A stretch of 64,000 nucleotides of DNA from contig JAYWCB010000001.1 of the NCBI GenBank assembly GCA_043780835.1, positions 103,738 to 167,737 on the forward strand, in the 5' to 3' direction. This document shows positions 1 through 9,483 of this stretch, piece after piece. The translations under genes and the position numbers were made by a program. The notes beneath the pieces were generated by a model, which was not told the DNA's origin, did not search any database, and was given only the letters and a program-made list of their open reading frames with translations. This DNA comes from Minisyncoccota bacterium (lineage in GTDB: Bacteria > Patescibacteriota > Minisyncoccia > Phycocordibacterales > UBA2100). Positions within the stretch are counted from its first letter, which is position 1, and every line of letters starts with the position of its first letter.

Positions 1-42
1 CGCATGACATTGAAAAATCCTCCAGCAGCTCAAGGCCACCAA

Positions 43-483
43 TTAGAGAGCGCCGATCTCACCGAGTTTCTCGGCGAGCGCATCAGCCTGCTTCTCGATT
101 CGGGCTTTGTAGGTGTCCCAGCGGTCTTTGTCCCAGATCTCGACTCGATCAGAGACTCCTGCAAAGACGACTGTTTTATTCAAACCGGCAAATACTTTCT
201 GGTGATCCGGAATGAGTACGCGCCCTGCGGCATCGACCTCAACTTCGGCTGCACCGGAAAGAATGAATCGGTTAAATCCTCGAGTATCTGCTTGTGCAAA
301 CGATAGCTCCTGAAGCTTGGCGGCTACCTTTTGCCACGCCTTTTGCGAATACACAAAGAGGCAGTTATCGAGGCCGCGCGTCATGACCACCTTCTTACCC
401 AACGACGTACGAAAGGACTTCGGAAGCGATATCCGCTTCTTCTCGTCCAGATTGTGTTCGTATTCGCCGATAAACATGACCAA
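43..483 (-). CDS. mraZ: Transcriptional regulator MraZ
   Basis: 146-aa ORF starting MVMFIGEYEHNLDEKKRISLPKSF, a duplicated MraZ/AbrB-type fold with typical MraZ length. It lies at the window edge, so the dcw cluster would continue below position 1. Confidence 0.8.
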   Translation of the reverse strand: MVMFIGEYEHNLDEKKRISLPKSFRTSLGKKVVMTRGLDNCLFVYSQKAWQKVAAKLQELSFAQADTRGFNRFILSGAAEVEVDAAGRVLIPDHQKVFAGLNKTVVFAGVSDRVEIWDKDRWDTYKARIEKQADALAEKLGEIGAL

Positions 484-618
484 TTTGATTACTGCGCTGA
501 TTTCCCACTTTCTCCCACTAAGTAAGATTATAAACCACTATACCCCACCGCAACACAGTTATCCACACTGCAAAAAACCCCTGTATGTGGGGTTTTCACG
601 GCTGGTTATCGGAAGATT

Positions 619-1242
619 TTACTTCAGCTCAAATCCGAATAGTCTCTCCAGCGCGTTGAGTGAACCAGGCAGAATATTAAAGATGATTGGCAACGCAAAA
701 AGCAGGTACGCCACGTGAATCGAAACAAAAGCCGCACAGATTCCAAAGAACGTGAAAAGTGGAGTGATCAGCTGACGGATTTTCGCCTGCTTGATCAGAC
801 GCGTTGAGACTTCTGCGGTATCAATTTCATCAGAGGACAGCGCGTAGTTAAAAATGATTATATTGAGCACGCCGATCAAAAATATGTTGACTCCGTATAC
901 AACGACCGCAAGAGGAATATTCCGGTAGAGGTCGAGCACGCGCGCCGTGAATGGAATGAGTGATATGAGTGCAAGGTATATAAGATTGAGGATTATTAGT
1001 GATCGGTTGATGGTCTTTGCAAATACGGAGTAGAGGAAATTGTGTCCGATCCAAAACATTGTCAGAACGACAAAACTCAAAAAGAAGACTTCGAATGTCG
1101 GGAGGAGCTCGAAGAGTGCATGCTCAAGCGATGCGCTCGTTTTGATTGCCTCGGTATCCGGGATTTTTACATCGAACACAACAAGCGTAAGGACAATCGC
1201 AAACAAACCATCGGAGAGATTTTCGAGGCGGGATTTATTCAT
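619..1242 (-). CDS. DUF1211/TMEM175-family membrane protein (putative K+ channel)
   Basis: N-terminal RLENLSDGLFAIVLTLVVFD matches the DUF1211 signature (RxExFSDGVFAIAITLLV). Multi-helix hydrophobic profile, 207 aa. Confidence 0.6.
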   Translation of the reverse strand: MNKSRLENLSDGLFAIVLTLVVFDVKIPDTEAIKTSASLEHALFELLPTFEVFFLSFVVLTMFWIGHNFLYSVFAKTINRSLIILNLIYLALISLIPFTARVLDLYRNIPLAVVVYGVNIFLIGVLNIIIFNYALSSDEIDTAEVSTRLIKQAKIRQLITPLFTFFGICAAFVSIHVAYLLFALPIIFNILPGSLNALERLFGFELK

Positions 1243-1420
1243 AGATTTGTGGACCTACGGGGAGTCGGCGTGACTCACTAAGCTCGGAGCCTCGCTAAGT
1301 GGTCACTGCCCTGGCTCGGCGACCCGCGAGTACGCGGTACACCGCCTCCGCCTTTCAACTCCCCGTAAGCCCGAAAAATATAGTCAACCAACGCTACGCG
1401 TTGTCTTCTTTATTTTTCAG

Positions 1421-1491
1421 TGGACCTACGGGGAGTCGAACCCCGACCTGTTCCATGCCATGGAACCGTTCTACCGCTATACTATAGGCCC
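1421..1491 (-). tRNA. tRNA-Ala (anticodon GGC)
   Basis: The reverse complement folds as a cloverleaf: acceptor GGGCCTA/TAGGTCC with the G3:U70 Ala identity pair, anticodon stem GTTCC/GGAAC with loop ATGGCAT (GGC), T-arm CGGGG-TTCGACT-CCCCG. One D-stem mismatch. No encoded CCA. Confidence 0.75.
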
Positions 1492-1505
1492 GTTCGTTTC
1501 GAATC

Positions 1506-3473
1506 CTAACTTTTTTCAATGATGCGCACAATTCCATTATCAGCGTCCACCTCCACCACATCCCCATCAGCCAAGACCTGCGTTGCGATTTTGGTTGCAA
1601 TAATGCACGGCTTTTTTATTTCGCGAGCAACAATTGCCGCATGACAGGTAACGCCTCCCTCGTCGGTAACGAACGCTGCAGCTCTTTGCATCGCAGGCAT
1701 AAAGTCCGGTGTCGTCATCGGAGAAACTAATATATCTCCACTTTGTACGCGTGCCATATCCGCCTGCTTTCGGACAAGTCGCACGACTCCGCGTACCCGG
1801 CCCGGATATGCAGTTTCTCCGTTCACAGAAGTCATCTCCATTGACTCCTGTTTGTCCGAACGAAACAGGTATTCAGGATGCTGCCACACAAAGCTTTCTA
1901 ATGGCTCATTCGAAACCGCAACTCCGTCGATTAGAAGATAGGAGGATAATCTTTGATCGAGAATTTCTATCGAAGGAATCTGACTTACCTCGCCCGCCAA
2001 GACGACACCTGCCTGCTCAGGAGTTATGCCGGCACGTTCGGCAATGTATGCTCGCACAAATGCGTCGTTATCTGCAAAGAAATCAACGATCTCACGCGCA
2101 TGTACCGCTAGGTTTTTTGCTTTTTCCGGGCTGCGTTCGTCCATTCCCGTATACAAGAAGAGTGTCATATTGAAAGCCGCTTTGTAAATAAGATTCCGGT
2201 ACACATCAATATTCCTTTTTTCGCGCGCAGAACTTATTAACGAAAGTAATCCGGTATATTCCTCTAGTACATTCTCTAGAAATGTGATGCCTTTCTTATT
2301 CTCTACTGAAAGCGTGTCCAATAACCATCGAATAGCGGGTTCGTGTTCCCAAATCTCGACAACTCCTTCATGCACTCGGTGTGCAATGAAGGGCGTATGA
2401 GGGTTTTTCAGTCCGAACTTCTGTTCAGGTAACTCCAGGAGCCCCTTTGCCCAAAGTGCTTGCATGAAAAGCGTCGTATCGCGAGAGTATGATTTTTTAA
2501 AGGTTATTTTTGAGATCGCACCTGAGGCTTCAGAAAGTGTTGTTATTGGTCGGCTTTGCGTTATGTAGAACTTTCCCCCTTCGTATACCCATTCAATATC
2601 GCAGGGTAATCCATAATGCGCCTCAATGTGGGCGACCATGTCGGCAAGCTCAAGGATTTGCACGTCTGACAATGCCTGTGAACCTGCCCGAGCAGTTTCT
2701 ATGTCTCGCCATTCATTACCGCCCGTAACGGCCTGGAACATTCCTCGCGCTTGAGAACATATATTTTTGTCGATAATTACCCGCGGGACTTTTGTCACGA
2801 CATATGAATTTGGCGTTACCTGACCGGAGACAATCGCTTCGCCAAGACCAAACCCCGCTTCGATGATCATCTGGTTACGATCTTCGGTAACCGGATGTAC
2901 AGAAAACGCGATGCCCGAAACTTCGCTTTGAACCATTTTCTGAACGACAACGGCAACCGATATCTTTTGTGCACCCATACCCTTTTCAAAGCGATAAAAG
3001 ATTGCGCGTGGCGTAAACAAAGAGGCCCAGCATCGCTGCACGTTGGTGAGTAATTCGGTTTTCGTTGTATTTAAATACGTATCAAGCTGCCCTGCCCATG
3101 CAGCAGCAGCACCGTCTTCGGCCGTTGCACTTGAGCGAACTGCCACAAACTCCGCATCGAGATTCTTGAAATACTTTCGTATTTCTGCCGCGATATCCTC
3201 TGGCATAGATGCCGCATGTAACAAATTCTGGATTTTCTCCGACGCATGCTCAACCGTATGGATGGCATCCTTGTTTACCGTCATAAGAATCGCTTCGATG
3301 TCCTGTCTGAGATCAGACTCATTCAAAAACTGCTCGAACGCGTCGGTGAGAATTACAAATCCCGGCGGTACGGGGATTCCCGCCTGCGTCATTTCGCCTA
3401 GAGATGCTCCTTTGCCTCCCGCTATGTTGACATCATTACTACCGAGATGATCAAAGGGACGTATCAATTCCAT
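1506..3473 (-). CDS. PEP-utilizing enzyme family protein (PPDK-type N-terminal ATP-grasp plus phosphohistidine mobile domain; PEP synthase / rifampicin-phosphotransferase-like)
   Basis: N-terminus NIAGGKGASLGEMTQAGIPVPPGFVILTDAF is the pyruvate phosphate dikinase PEP/pyruvate-binding domain. C-terminus GGVTCHAAIVAREIKKPCI is the PEP-utilizers swivel His motif. No C-terminal TIM-barrel domain is present. Start placed at MELIRPF. Confidence 0.7.
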   Translation of the reverse strand: MELIRPFDHLGSNDVNIAGGKGASLGEMTQAGIPVPPGFVILTDAFEQFLNESDLRQDIEAILMTVNKDAIHTVEHASEKIQNLLHAASMPEDIAAEIRKYFKNLDAEFVAVRSSATAEDGAAAAWAGQLDTYLNTTKTELLTNVQRCWASLFTPRAIFYRFEKGMGAQKISVAVVVQKMVQSEVSGIAFSVHPVTEDRNQMIIEAGFGLGEAIVSGQVTPNSYVVTKVPRVIIDKNICSQARGMFQAVTGGNEWRDIETARAGSQALSDVQILELADMVAHIEAHYGLPCDIEWVYEGGKFYITQSRPITTLSEASGAISKITFKKSYSRDTTLFMQALWAKGLLELPEQKFGLKNPHTPFIAHRVHEGVVEIWEHEPAIRWLLDTLSVENKKGITFLENVLEEYTGLLSLISSAREKRNIDVYRNLIYKAAFNMTLFLYTGMDERSPEKAKNLAVHAREIVDFFADNDAFVRAYIAERAGITPEQAGVVLAGEVSQIPSIEILDQRLSSYLLIDGVAVSNEPLESFVWQHPEYLFRSDKQESMEMTSVNGETAYPGRVRGVVRLVRKQADMARVQSGDILVSPMTTPDFMPAMQRAAAFVTDEGGVTCHAAIVAREIKKPCIIATKIATQVLADGDVVEVDADNGIVRIIEKS

Positions 3474-3512
3474 CGATGCAGTATGAACTACGGAATCACA
3501 GATACACAATGA

Positions 3513-4022
3513 CTAGATCGCCTGCGGTGCTTGATCGAGCGCCGGCGGATGTGAGAGACATTGTTTCAGTGTCGCACTGTCTGTCCAGCCGCACTTTCCG
3601 TTTGCCTGCGGCTCGCATTTTGCTTTTTTGTAGCAGGCAAATTCAGGGCGAAATTCGCACGTAGATACCCCACCGCCATTTGCTGCGTCCAATGTAGATA
3701 TGCACAACTGTCCCGAGCAACCTGAAGCGACACAACCGCTCGATTCAATATATGGTGTACCCGTTGCAGAAGGCGCGCTTTGCACCGGTTGCGCATCATC
3801 CAGAAATGTCCGACCATCGGGCGTCGCACATTGTTCGGGATACGACTCCATTACCGGATATCCAGCCGCTTTGCATTCCTTGAATGTCGCTATCGAATAC
3901 ATGCGCTGCGTTTTAGCAATATTAGAAAGTGAAAGAAAAAGCCCGGCAATAATCGTGAGTATGATTGTAAGACCGACGAGCGTGACCGTTCGTATCTGTT
4001 TTTTTACCGCGTCTGATTCCAT
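3513..4022 (-). CDS. Hypothetical membrane-anchored Cys-rich secreted protein
   Basis: 169-aa ORF with one N-terminal TM helix followed by a Cys-rich region (about 10 Cys). No recognisable family. Confidence 0.4.
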   Translation of the reverse strand: MESDAVKKQIRTVTLVGLTIILTIIAGLFLSLSNIAKTQRMYSIATFKECKAAGYPVMESYPEQCATPDGRTFLDDAQPVQSAPSATGTPYIESSGCVASGCSGQLCISTLDAANGGGVSTCEFRPEFACYKKAKCEPQANGKCGWTDSATLKQCLSHPPALDQAPQAI

Positions 4023-4187
4023 ATGTTGGCATTATAACAGACCCTCGTTTTCCGAGTCATTTTCGTGTTAAATAGTGATATCCTCCTGTCGTTCAATGGA
4101 CCCCCGCACGCGCTATCGCACTCCGAGGACAAGTATTGAATGTTCGCGAGTGAGTCAAAAAAGATAATAGGTGCACAATAGTGATAC

Positions 4188-4259
4188 CCTCCCGTCGTTC
4201 AATGGATAGGATGGCCCCCTCCGAAGGGGCCGATGTAGGTTCGACTCCTGCCGGGAGGA
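4188..4259 (+). tRNA. tRNA-Arg (anticodon CCG)
   Basis: Acceptor CCTCCCG/CGGGAGG fully paired. Anticodon stem GCCCC/GGGGC with loop CTCCGAA (CCG). T-arm GTAGG-TTCGACT-CCTGC, discriminator A. D-stem is wobble-rich. No CCA. Confidence 0.6.
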
Positions 4260-4346
4260 CACGAGCGCAACGAGTGCCGCACGAGCATCGCAGTGCGATG
4301 AGAATGAAAGTTGAGTTGGAGAAGTTTTCACGTAGTATTCTTTTAC

Positions 4347-4420
4347 GCACCTTTAGCTCAGTTGGTTAGAGCGTTCGATTCACATTCGAAAGGTCATAGG
4401 TTCGAATCCTATAAGGTGCA
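4347..4420 (+). tRNA. tRNA-Val (anticodon CAC)
   Basis: GCACCTTTAGCTCAGTTGGTTAGAGCG... canonical D-arm. Anticodon stem TTCGA/TCGAA with loop TTCACAT (CAC). T-arm ATAGG-TTCGAAT-CCTAT. Acceptor GCACCTT/AAGGTGC. No CCA. Confidence 0.8.
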
Positions 4421-4461
4421 CTAACAGAGTGAAGTCTACATAAAAGTGGTATCGTTTCTGT

Positions 4462-5169
4462 ATGAACTCAAAAAAAGGCTCTATTACATTGAGACTTTTA
4501 ATAGCGATCATTCTGGGAGCGGTAGTGGTTGGTGGCAGCGCGTATTACGTAGGGCGTCAGAGTGTAGCACCTCAAACGCCCTCTTATCAGGAACAAACTA
4601 ATGCTCAGCCCACCGCTCAAGGGAAAGCCGCTGTTATTACTAAGCCAAAACCATCGACACAGTCTTCAGCGCGTGCAACTGGAGTAACCGGTATGAGCAA
4701 GTATGTTAGTTCAAAACACGGATTTTCATTTTGGTATCCGAGCGCATGGACCGTTGTTGAAAAGAGTGTTCCTGCGACTGGAACTGACCGCGCAGGTGAC
4801 ATCATATATTTTGATGTCGGAGGAAAAATAACGCTGATGTTACGGCACACGCTCGAGGGCACTGTTTTCGAAACAGTTAATCGAGTCGCCTCTGCGTCGG
4901 ATGCATCAGGCAATACCATGAGTGGACTTAAAATGTATTCCTTCCCTGACACCGCAAAACCTACAGACGCGTATCACTATTACGGTGCTGCGGTATCGCT
5001 AAATAACAATGTTTTTGTTTTTGTTGGTTGGGGCTCATCTCCTACGTCGCACGACATAGATCCGACACCATTGCTACGAACAATGGTGACAACGGACTCG
5101 TCCGCATCGGTTTCTCCATCAGAGCAGAATAAAGTGATACAAGCTGAAGCAGCTGCTTATTCCCAGTAG
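4462..5169 (+). CDS. Hypothetical membrane-anchored protein
   Basis: 235-aa ORF with an N-terminal TM helix and a Q/T/S-rich linker. No recognisable motifs. Confidence 0.4.
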   Translation: MNSKKGSITLRLLIAIILGAVVVGGSAYYVGRQSVAPQTPSYQEQTNAQPTAQGKAAVITKPKPSTQSSARATGVTGMSKYVSSKHGFSFWYPSAWTVVEKSVPATGTDRAGDIIYFDVGGKITLMLRHTLEGTVFETVNRVASASDASGNTMSGLKMYSFPDTAKPTDAYHYYGAAVSLNNNVFVFVGWGSSPTSHDIDPTPLLRTMVTTDSSASVSPSEQNKVIQAEAAAYSQ

Positions 5170-5254
5170 CGAAAGCCGAAGACAGTCACTGTGTTGTAGG
5201 GTAAGTGCACAGAAATGTAAATCTGCTACGATATTTGAGCGATTAGATCTTTTC

Positions 5255-5324
5255 CGGGCCGTAGTATACCGGTAGTACGCATGGCTGGGGGTCATGTAGA
5301 CCGGGTTCGATCCCCGGCGGCCCG
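5255..5324 (+). tRNA. tRNA-Pro (anticodon GGG)
   Basis: Acceptor CGGGCCG/CGGCCCG. D-arm GTAT-ACCGGTA-GTAC. Anticodon stem CATGG/TCATG with loop CTGGGGG (GGG, G37). T-arm CCGGG-TTCGATC-CCCGG. Discriminator A. Confidence 0.7.
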
Positions 5325-5392
5325 ACATAAACGAAGTGAGTGACACGTCTTTCACTTGACTAATACCATATTCTGTGGCTATATAGCAATCT

Positions 5393-5875
5393 ATGGTAAT
5401 CCTTCCTGCGTGGATGCGCATCATGCTTGCCTCAGGCCTCTGCTTTGCAGCAGGCGGCATTTCTGCGCTCTATATAAATGTACAGACCTTCCACTGGTAC
5501 GATGCCTTGAATCGCCCCCTCTTTTTTTCGCTACCACTGCCGGTTATTTTCTTTCTAGCGATTGTTTCATATGCCCTCATATCGATTGCATCAAGCCTCA
5601 TGTGGATTCATGATCCCAAGCCATGGGACTTTCGCGGTTGGGTGCCGCTGTTTTTTACGCATTTACTATTTAACATGGCATGGCTCATCCTTTTTTTCGG
5701 ATACAATGTCATTTTCGTTTCACTTATAGTTGCATTGCTGCTCGCCTTATTTGTTATGCTACTCACCGCTGAGGCTTGGAACCGTAGCCGCATCGCGTTT
5801 TGGCTCTTACTCCCCTACCTTGCGTGGACGCTCTACGCTGTCGGCATGAACATGGCCGTGTGGCTCAATAATTAG
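5393..5875 (+). CDS. tspO: TspO/MBR family tryptophan-rich sensory protein
   Basis: 160 aa with 5 predicted TM helices. Trp-rich, with conserved-looking W..N..W spacing (YLAWTLYAVGMN, LNN C-terminus) typical of TspO. Confidence 0.55.
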   Translation: MVILPAWMRIMLASGLCFAAGGISALYINVQTFHWYDALNRPLFFSLPLPVIFFLAIVSYALISIASSLMWIHDPKPWDFRGWVPLFFTHLLFNMAWLILFFGYNVIFVSLIVALLLALFVMLLTAEAWNRSRIAFWLLLPYLAWTLYAVGMNMAVWLNN

Positions 5876-5925
5876 ATATAGAATTTGAACAAGCAGCAGG
5901 TATTGGCTTTCAAACGACTCAACCA

Positions 5926-7008
5926 TTAACGAATAGTGCCGATGTCGTGGCGAATAGCATTGCGACGCTCGACGAGCTCAGGATAGTTGTAGAAAAACAA
6001 AGTCTTTTGCTCAGCAATAGAATTTCCTCGCGGTTTCGGTAATAACACGTAGGCAGCCCACGATTCAGAAATATCTTCGGCCATATTTTCGGCGGCGTAT
6101 CCGCTCACAAAGTCTCCTTTTTTATACTCACCAAACGGCATTTCATGCGCGCCAATGGAGCTGTGCCAAAATTGCCGGACAAACGCGTGAATATATGAAG
6201 CGGGTCTCGCACACCCCTCGTCGAACATAATCGTTGTGCACGTTGTTGAACTTATCGAAGCGTCGAGTTGACGGTCATTCAAAGTCATAAGGTGCGCGGA
6301 CTCATGAATGAGCGTGTGCACAAAATTACCTCTATCCACGATATGTCCCTGCCGGGTAAACGACACGCCTGCGTTAAGCGCTGCTTGCCACGTGGTCGTG
6401 CCAATCTTCAATACCCAGGCTTGAGAAGGTAACGATGCATTTACGTCATTCAATATAAGGAACTCATCAACTGAGAGCCGATCTTGCGGAGCGATTGCGA
6501 CTTCAAACATATTCCATAGCTCTTGGGGCGTACGACCAAAATATGGCTGACCTGTATGTGAGACCTCTTTGCCAAGTTCCCCGTGCTCGACTTGAAATGT
6601 CCTGTTCATGACTGAATCAGGATCAATTGGTTGATCAGCTCGTTCTGCAGCGGTCGATGTTTCATCATAGGGTGCTTCGACGAAACCAAAATACAGCTTC
6701 AAGTCATCCAGGCTGAGCACATTCATGATTCGTCGATAATTGCTCTCCAGCTTTGCGCATTTCTCATCGGAGCATTTTGCCGTACACGCACCCTCATCCG
6801 CGTCGAAACGCTCAAACGAAAGGCAGAGATTCGGTGTCAGCAATGAATGAGAAGCAAGACGCTCGTCGAGGGCGTTTTCATTGATTTGGTTACCGTATAG
6901 TACGGATCCGGCGACACCCGCAAGCACAAAGATGCAGAGCAGCGTCAATAGAAATGCTCGCGACGGTCGCACATCACGAGCATCGCTCAACCGTCTGAAT
7001 GCACTCAT
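5926..7008 (-). CDS. Putative secreted/membrane-anchored zinc metalloprotease (HExxH)
   Basis: 360 aa with an N-terminal TM anchor and an HESAH (HExxH) motif in HTLIHESAHLMTLND. Several Cys. Family not recognised. Confidence 0.4.
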   Translation of the reverse strand: MSAFRRLSDARDVRPSRAFLLTLLCIFVLAGVAGSVLYGNQINENALDERLASHSLLTPNLCLSFERFDADEGACTAKCSDEKCAKLESNYRRIMNVLSLDDLKLYFGFVEAPYDETSTAAERADQPIDPDSVMNRTFQVEHGELGKEVSHTGQPYFGRTPQELWNMFEVAIAPQDRLSVDEFLILNDVNASLPSQAWVLKIGTTTWQAALNAGVSFTRQGHIVDRGNFVHTLIHESAHLMTLNDRQLDASISSTTCTTIMFDEGCARPASYIHAFVRQFWHSSIGAHEMPFGEYKKGDFVSGYAAENMAEDISESWAAYVLLPKPRGNSIAEQKTLFFYNYPELVERRNAIRHDIGTIR

Positions 7009-7021
7009 ATCGTCTCTCTGT

Positions 7022-7052
7022 TAAAAACCCTCCGCGTAAGCGGAGGGTTTTT
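7022..7052. terminator. Rho-independent terminator (bidirectional hairpin)
   Basis: aaaaaccctccgcGTAAgcggagggttttt is a perfect GC-rich stem flanked by A and T runs. It lies downstream of greA. Confidence 0.6.
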
Positions 7053-7054
7053 AA

Positions 7055-7522
7055 CTATTTTATGTTTACAATTTTATACTTCTGCTGCCCCTTCGGAGTG
7101 TCGAAGGTAAATAAGTCACCTTTCTTTTTTTCCATGAGCGCGCTTCCAAGCGGAGAAAGATGTGAAATCTTTCTATCTTGCATGTTTGCTTCTGCGGATC
7201 CGACAATCTCGTATGTGTGTTCATCTTTTTCGCCCTGCTTCTGAATGGTAACGAAATTGCCGAGAGAAACCGTGTTGCCCTTCGTATGTTCAATAATGCG
7301 TGCGTGCGAAAGCTGTTCTTCAATGACGCGGATACGATCTTCCGTCGCTGCCTGTAAATTGCGCGCCTCTTCGTATTCTGCGTTTTCTGACAGATCGCCA
7401 AGCGAGCGAGCGTACTCCAACTGCTCCGCAATTTCGCGACGGCGTATCGTCTTAAGATGCTCAAGCTCGGTGGTCAATTCGTCGAACTTTTCCTTGCTCA
7501 AATAGTTTGTCTCATCTGTCAT
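7055..7522 (-). CDS. greA: Transcription elongation factor GreA
   Basis: MTDETNYLSKEKFDELTTELEHLKTIRRREIAEQLEYARSLGDLSENAEYEEA is the canonical GreA N-terminal coiled coil with an FKBP-like C-terminal domain. About 156 aa from MTDET. Confidence 0.85.
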   Translation of the reverse strand: MTDETNYLSKEKFDELTTELEHLKTIRRREIAEQLEYARSLGDLSENAEYEEARNLQAATEDRIRVIEEQLSHARIIEHTKGNTVSLGNFVTIQKQGEKDEHTYEIVGSAEANMQDRKISHLSPLGSALMEKKKGDLFTFDTPKGQQKYKIVNIK

Positions 7523-7576
7523 AAGGTTTGATGTCGCGCAGTATACAGGATAAAGGTACGGGTACAATGTGGGTAA

Positions 7577-9364
7577 CTAATTGACGTACTCAGGATGCTC
7601 CCGCTTGAGCCAGTAGAAGAAGGGTTGCAAACCGGGTGCGGCACCAGAGGCAGTGTGCGCCGGCGCTTTTTCAAGCACAACCGCGTACGCATATTTTGGA
7701 TTATCTGCAGGCCAAAATCCGATCGACCACGAATTCATATATTCGTTATGCGAACCCAGTTGCGCCGTTCCGGTTTTCGCCGCAATTTGAATGCCTGAAA
7801 TATTTAATGCCTTGACCGTCGCATCGGGGCGATCTGATGTAACCGCCATGCGCATGCCTTCCCGGGCAACCCGAAAGTACGCCACCGGAATATCGATTTG
7901 TCTGAATTCCGCCGTTGATGAGGCAAGTAGCTGCGGTTTTAAAAGCTTCCCCCCGTTTGCAATCGCCGCAGCAAATCGAACTGCTTGTAATGGTGTGATT
8001 TGAAATCCGAATTGTCCGATTGCTGTGTGATAGGTGTCTCCGATGCGCCACGGATCGTTCAGACCAAAATTCTTTTCTTTCCATTGAGGTGTCGGAATCA
8101 CACCCTCAACCTCACCTTTCAGGTCGATGCCGGTTCGCTCCGACATACCGAAGAGCCGTGCGTACTGGTCGATTTTCGAGATACCAAGACCGCGTTGTCC
8201 GCCAAAACCTCCACCAATGGTGTAAAAATATTCGTCTGAGGAAACTGCAATCGCTGTGCGCATGTCGACCAGGCCATGCACTGTCCAGTCCCGAAAAATC
8301 GACGGATTCGAGGGATCGTACGGATTTGGCAATACCAGCTTTCCGGTCGACAGGATACCCTTATCAGGCGAAATAATACCCTCCTGTAACGCAGCTATCG
8401 CAAATACCGGCTTCACGATAGATCCTGGCGTGTACAGTCCGCCGACAGCACGGTTGAGCATAGGCGAGTGCGTATTTTTCGAAATCGCGCTCACGATTGC
8501 GGAGTTTCCATCGGTGAAGGCTTGATTGTCGTACTCAGGAAAACTCGTGAGTGCGAGTAATTCTCCGGTGCGGATATCCATGATGACGGCGGCCCCACCC
8601 TTAAATCCCATTTCCTCCGCATGAGTCGCGAGGATTGTATTAAGTTTACTCTGCACGTCGGAATCAATTGAAAGATGGAGGTCTTCGCCATGCACTGGGG
8701 GAGAAACCATATTTTCCCGCTCCACATGTCCGTGTGCGTCCGCTTCGATCAGGCGGCTTCCGTTTTTTCCCGCAACACGCGCATCGTACGCAAGCTCCAA
8801 TCCCGAAACACCCGTGTATTCTTCTCGCCACCAGGTTCCATGCGCGTCGGATTTCGGATACTGCACAAATCCTAGAATATGTGCCATGCCGGGAACGGTC
8901 GTATATTTACGAAGTGCATACGTGTTGTCGTCTGTCGCGGTGGTGTTATCTTTTTTTGCCGCTATTGATCCATTTGCTGCTGTAATTCCTTCACGCAATG
9001 AATCCGTCGATGTGGAAACAGCGAGGGCGGTTTCGTTCCACGCGAGTTCGCGACCGGATCGATCGTAGATGATCCCACGCGTTGCAAATATAACCGATCG
9101 AGAAAGCGTGTTGTTTATTGAGATATCTTCGTACGTAGCCCCGTGCGCAACCTGTAGCGAAAATGCCCGGTAGCCGAAACCGAGCGAGACAAGTACGAAT
9201 ACTGCCCCGACAGCAAATATCGCTCTATTGGCGACAGGCCGTTCTACCCGACCCTCAAACGAGGCTGCGTTGAAATCCGGCAGATTTGACGAATCAAGAA
9301 AGATTTCCTCGGGCGCAATTTCGTATACTACCCGCATTTTCTTTCTTTTGAGTCGTCCGAACAT
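7577..9364 (-). CDS. mrdA: Penicillin-binding protein 2 (peptidoglycan D,D-transpeptidase MrdA)
   Basis: N-terminal TM anchor plus dimerisation domain. Transpeptidase motifs SIVKP (SxxK), SSD (SxN-like) and KTGTA (KTG). Positioned next to mreD/mreC/mreB. Confidence 0.85.
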   Translation of the reverse strand: MFGRLKRKKMRVVYEIAPEEIFLDSSNLPDFNAASFEGRVERPVANRAIFAVGAVFVLVSLGFGYRAFSLQVAHGATYEDISINNTLSRSVIFATRGIIYDRSGRELAWNETALAVSTSTDSLREGITAANGSIAAKKDNTTATDDNTYALRKYTTVPGMAHILGFVQYPKSDAHGTWWREEYTGVSGLELAYDARVAGKNGSRLIEADAHGHVERENMVSPPVHGEDLHLSIDSDVQSKLNTILATHAEEMGFKGGAAVIMDIRTGELLALTSFPEYDNQAFTDGNSAIVSAISKNTHSPMLNRAVGGLYTPGSIVKPVFAIAALQEGIISPDKGILSTGKLVLPNPYDPSNPSIFRDWTVHGLVDMRTAIAVSSDEYFYTIGGGFGGQRGLGISKIDQYARLFGMSERTGIDLKGEVEGVIPTPQWKEKNFGLNDPWRIGDTYHTAIGQFGFQITPLQAVRFAAAIANGGKLLKPQLLASSTAEFRQIDIPVAYFRVAREGMRMAVTSDRPDATVKALNISGIQIAAKTGTAQLGSHNEYMNSWSIGFWPADNPKYAYAVVLEKAPAHTASGAAPGLQPFFYWLKREHPEYVN

Positions 9365-9483
9365 TGTTCTACTATACGCGCTCGCCGCCGTAGTTCAATT
9401 CATGAACCCCGGTAGAAATCACGCCCGCACTTGCGCGCCCCACGGGACTTAGGGCGGGCTATTTCTAACAGGGGTCAACCATT

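Noticed and set aside
1709-2173. Plus-strand 154-aa ORF (and similar antisense ORFs at 3043-3450, 16025-16357, 17091-17831, 18902-19486, 24663-25061, 36883-37230)
   Set aside because: They lie entirely inside well-supported genes on the opposite strand, have Arg/Ser/Pro-rich low-complexity translations, and carry no motifs. They are typical shadow ORFs.
4081-4140. Apparent second tRNA-Arg copy at 4081-4140
   Set aside because: Only the 5' acceptor strand and D-arm start are conserved. No complementary 3' acceptor strand or T-arm could be found, so it is treated as a fragment or repeat rather than a gene.
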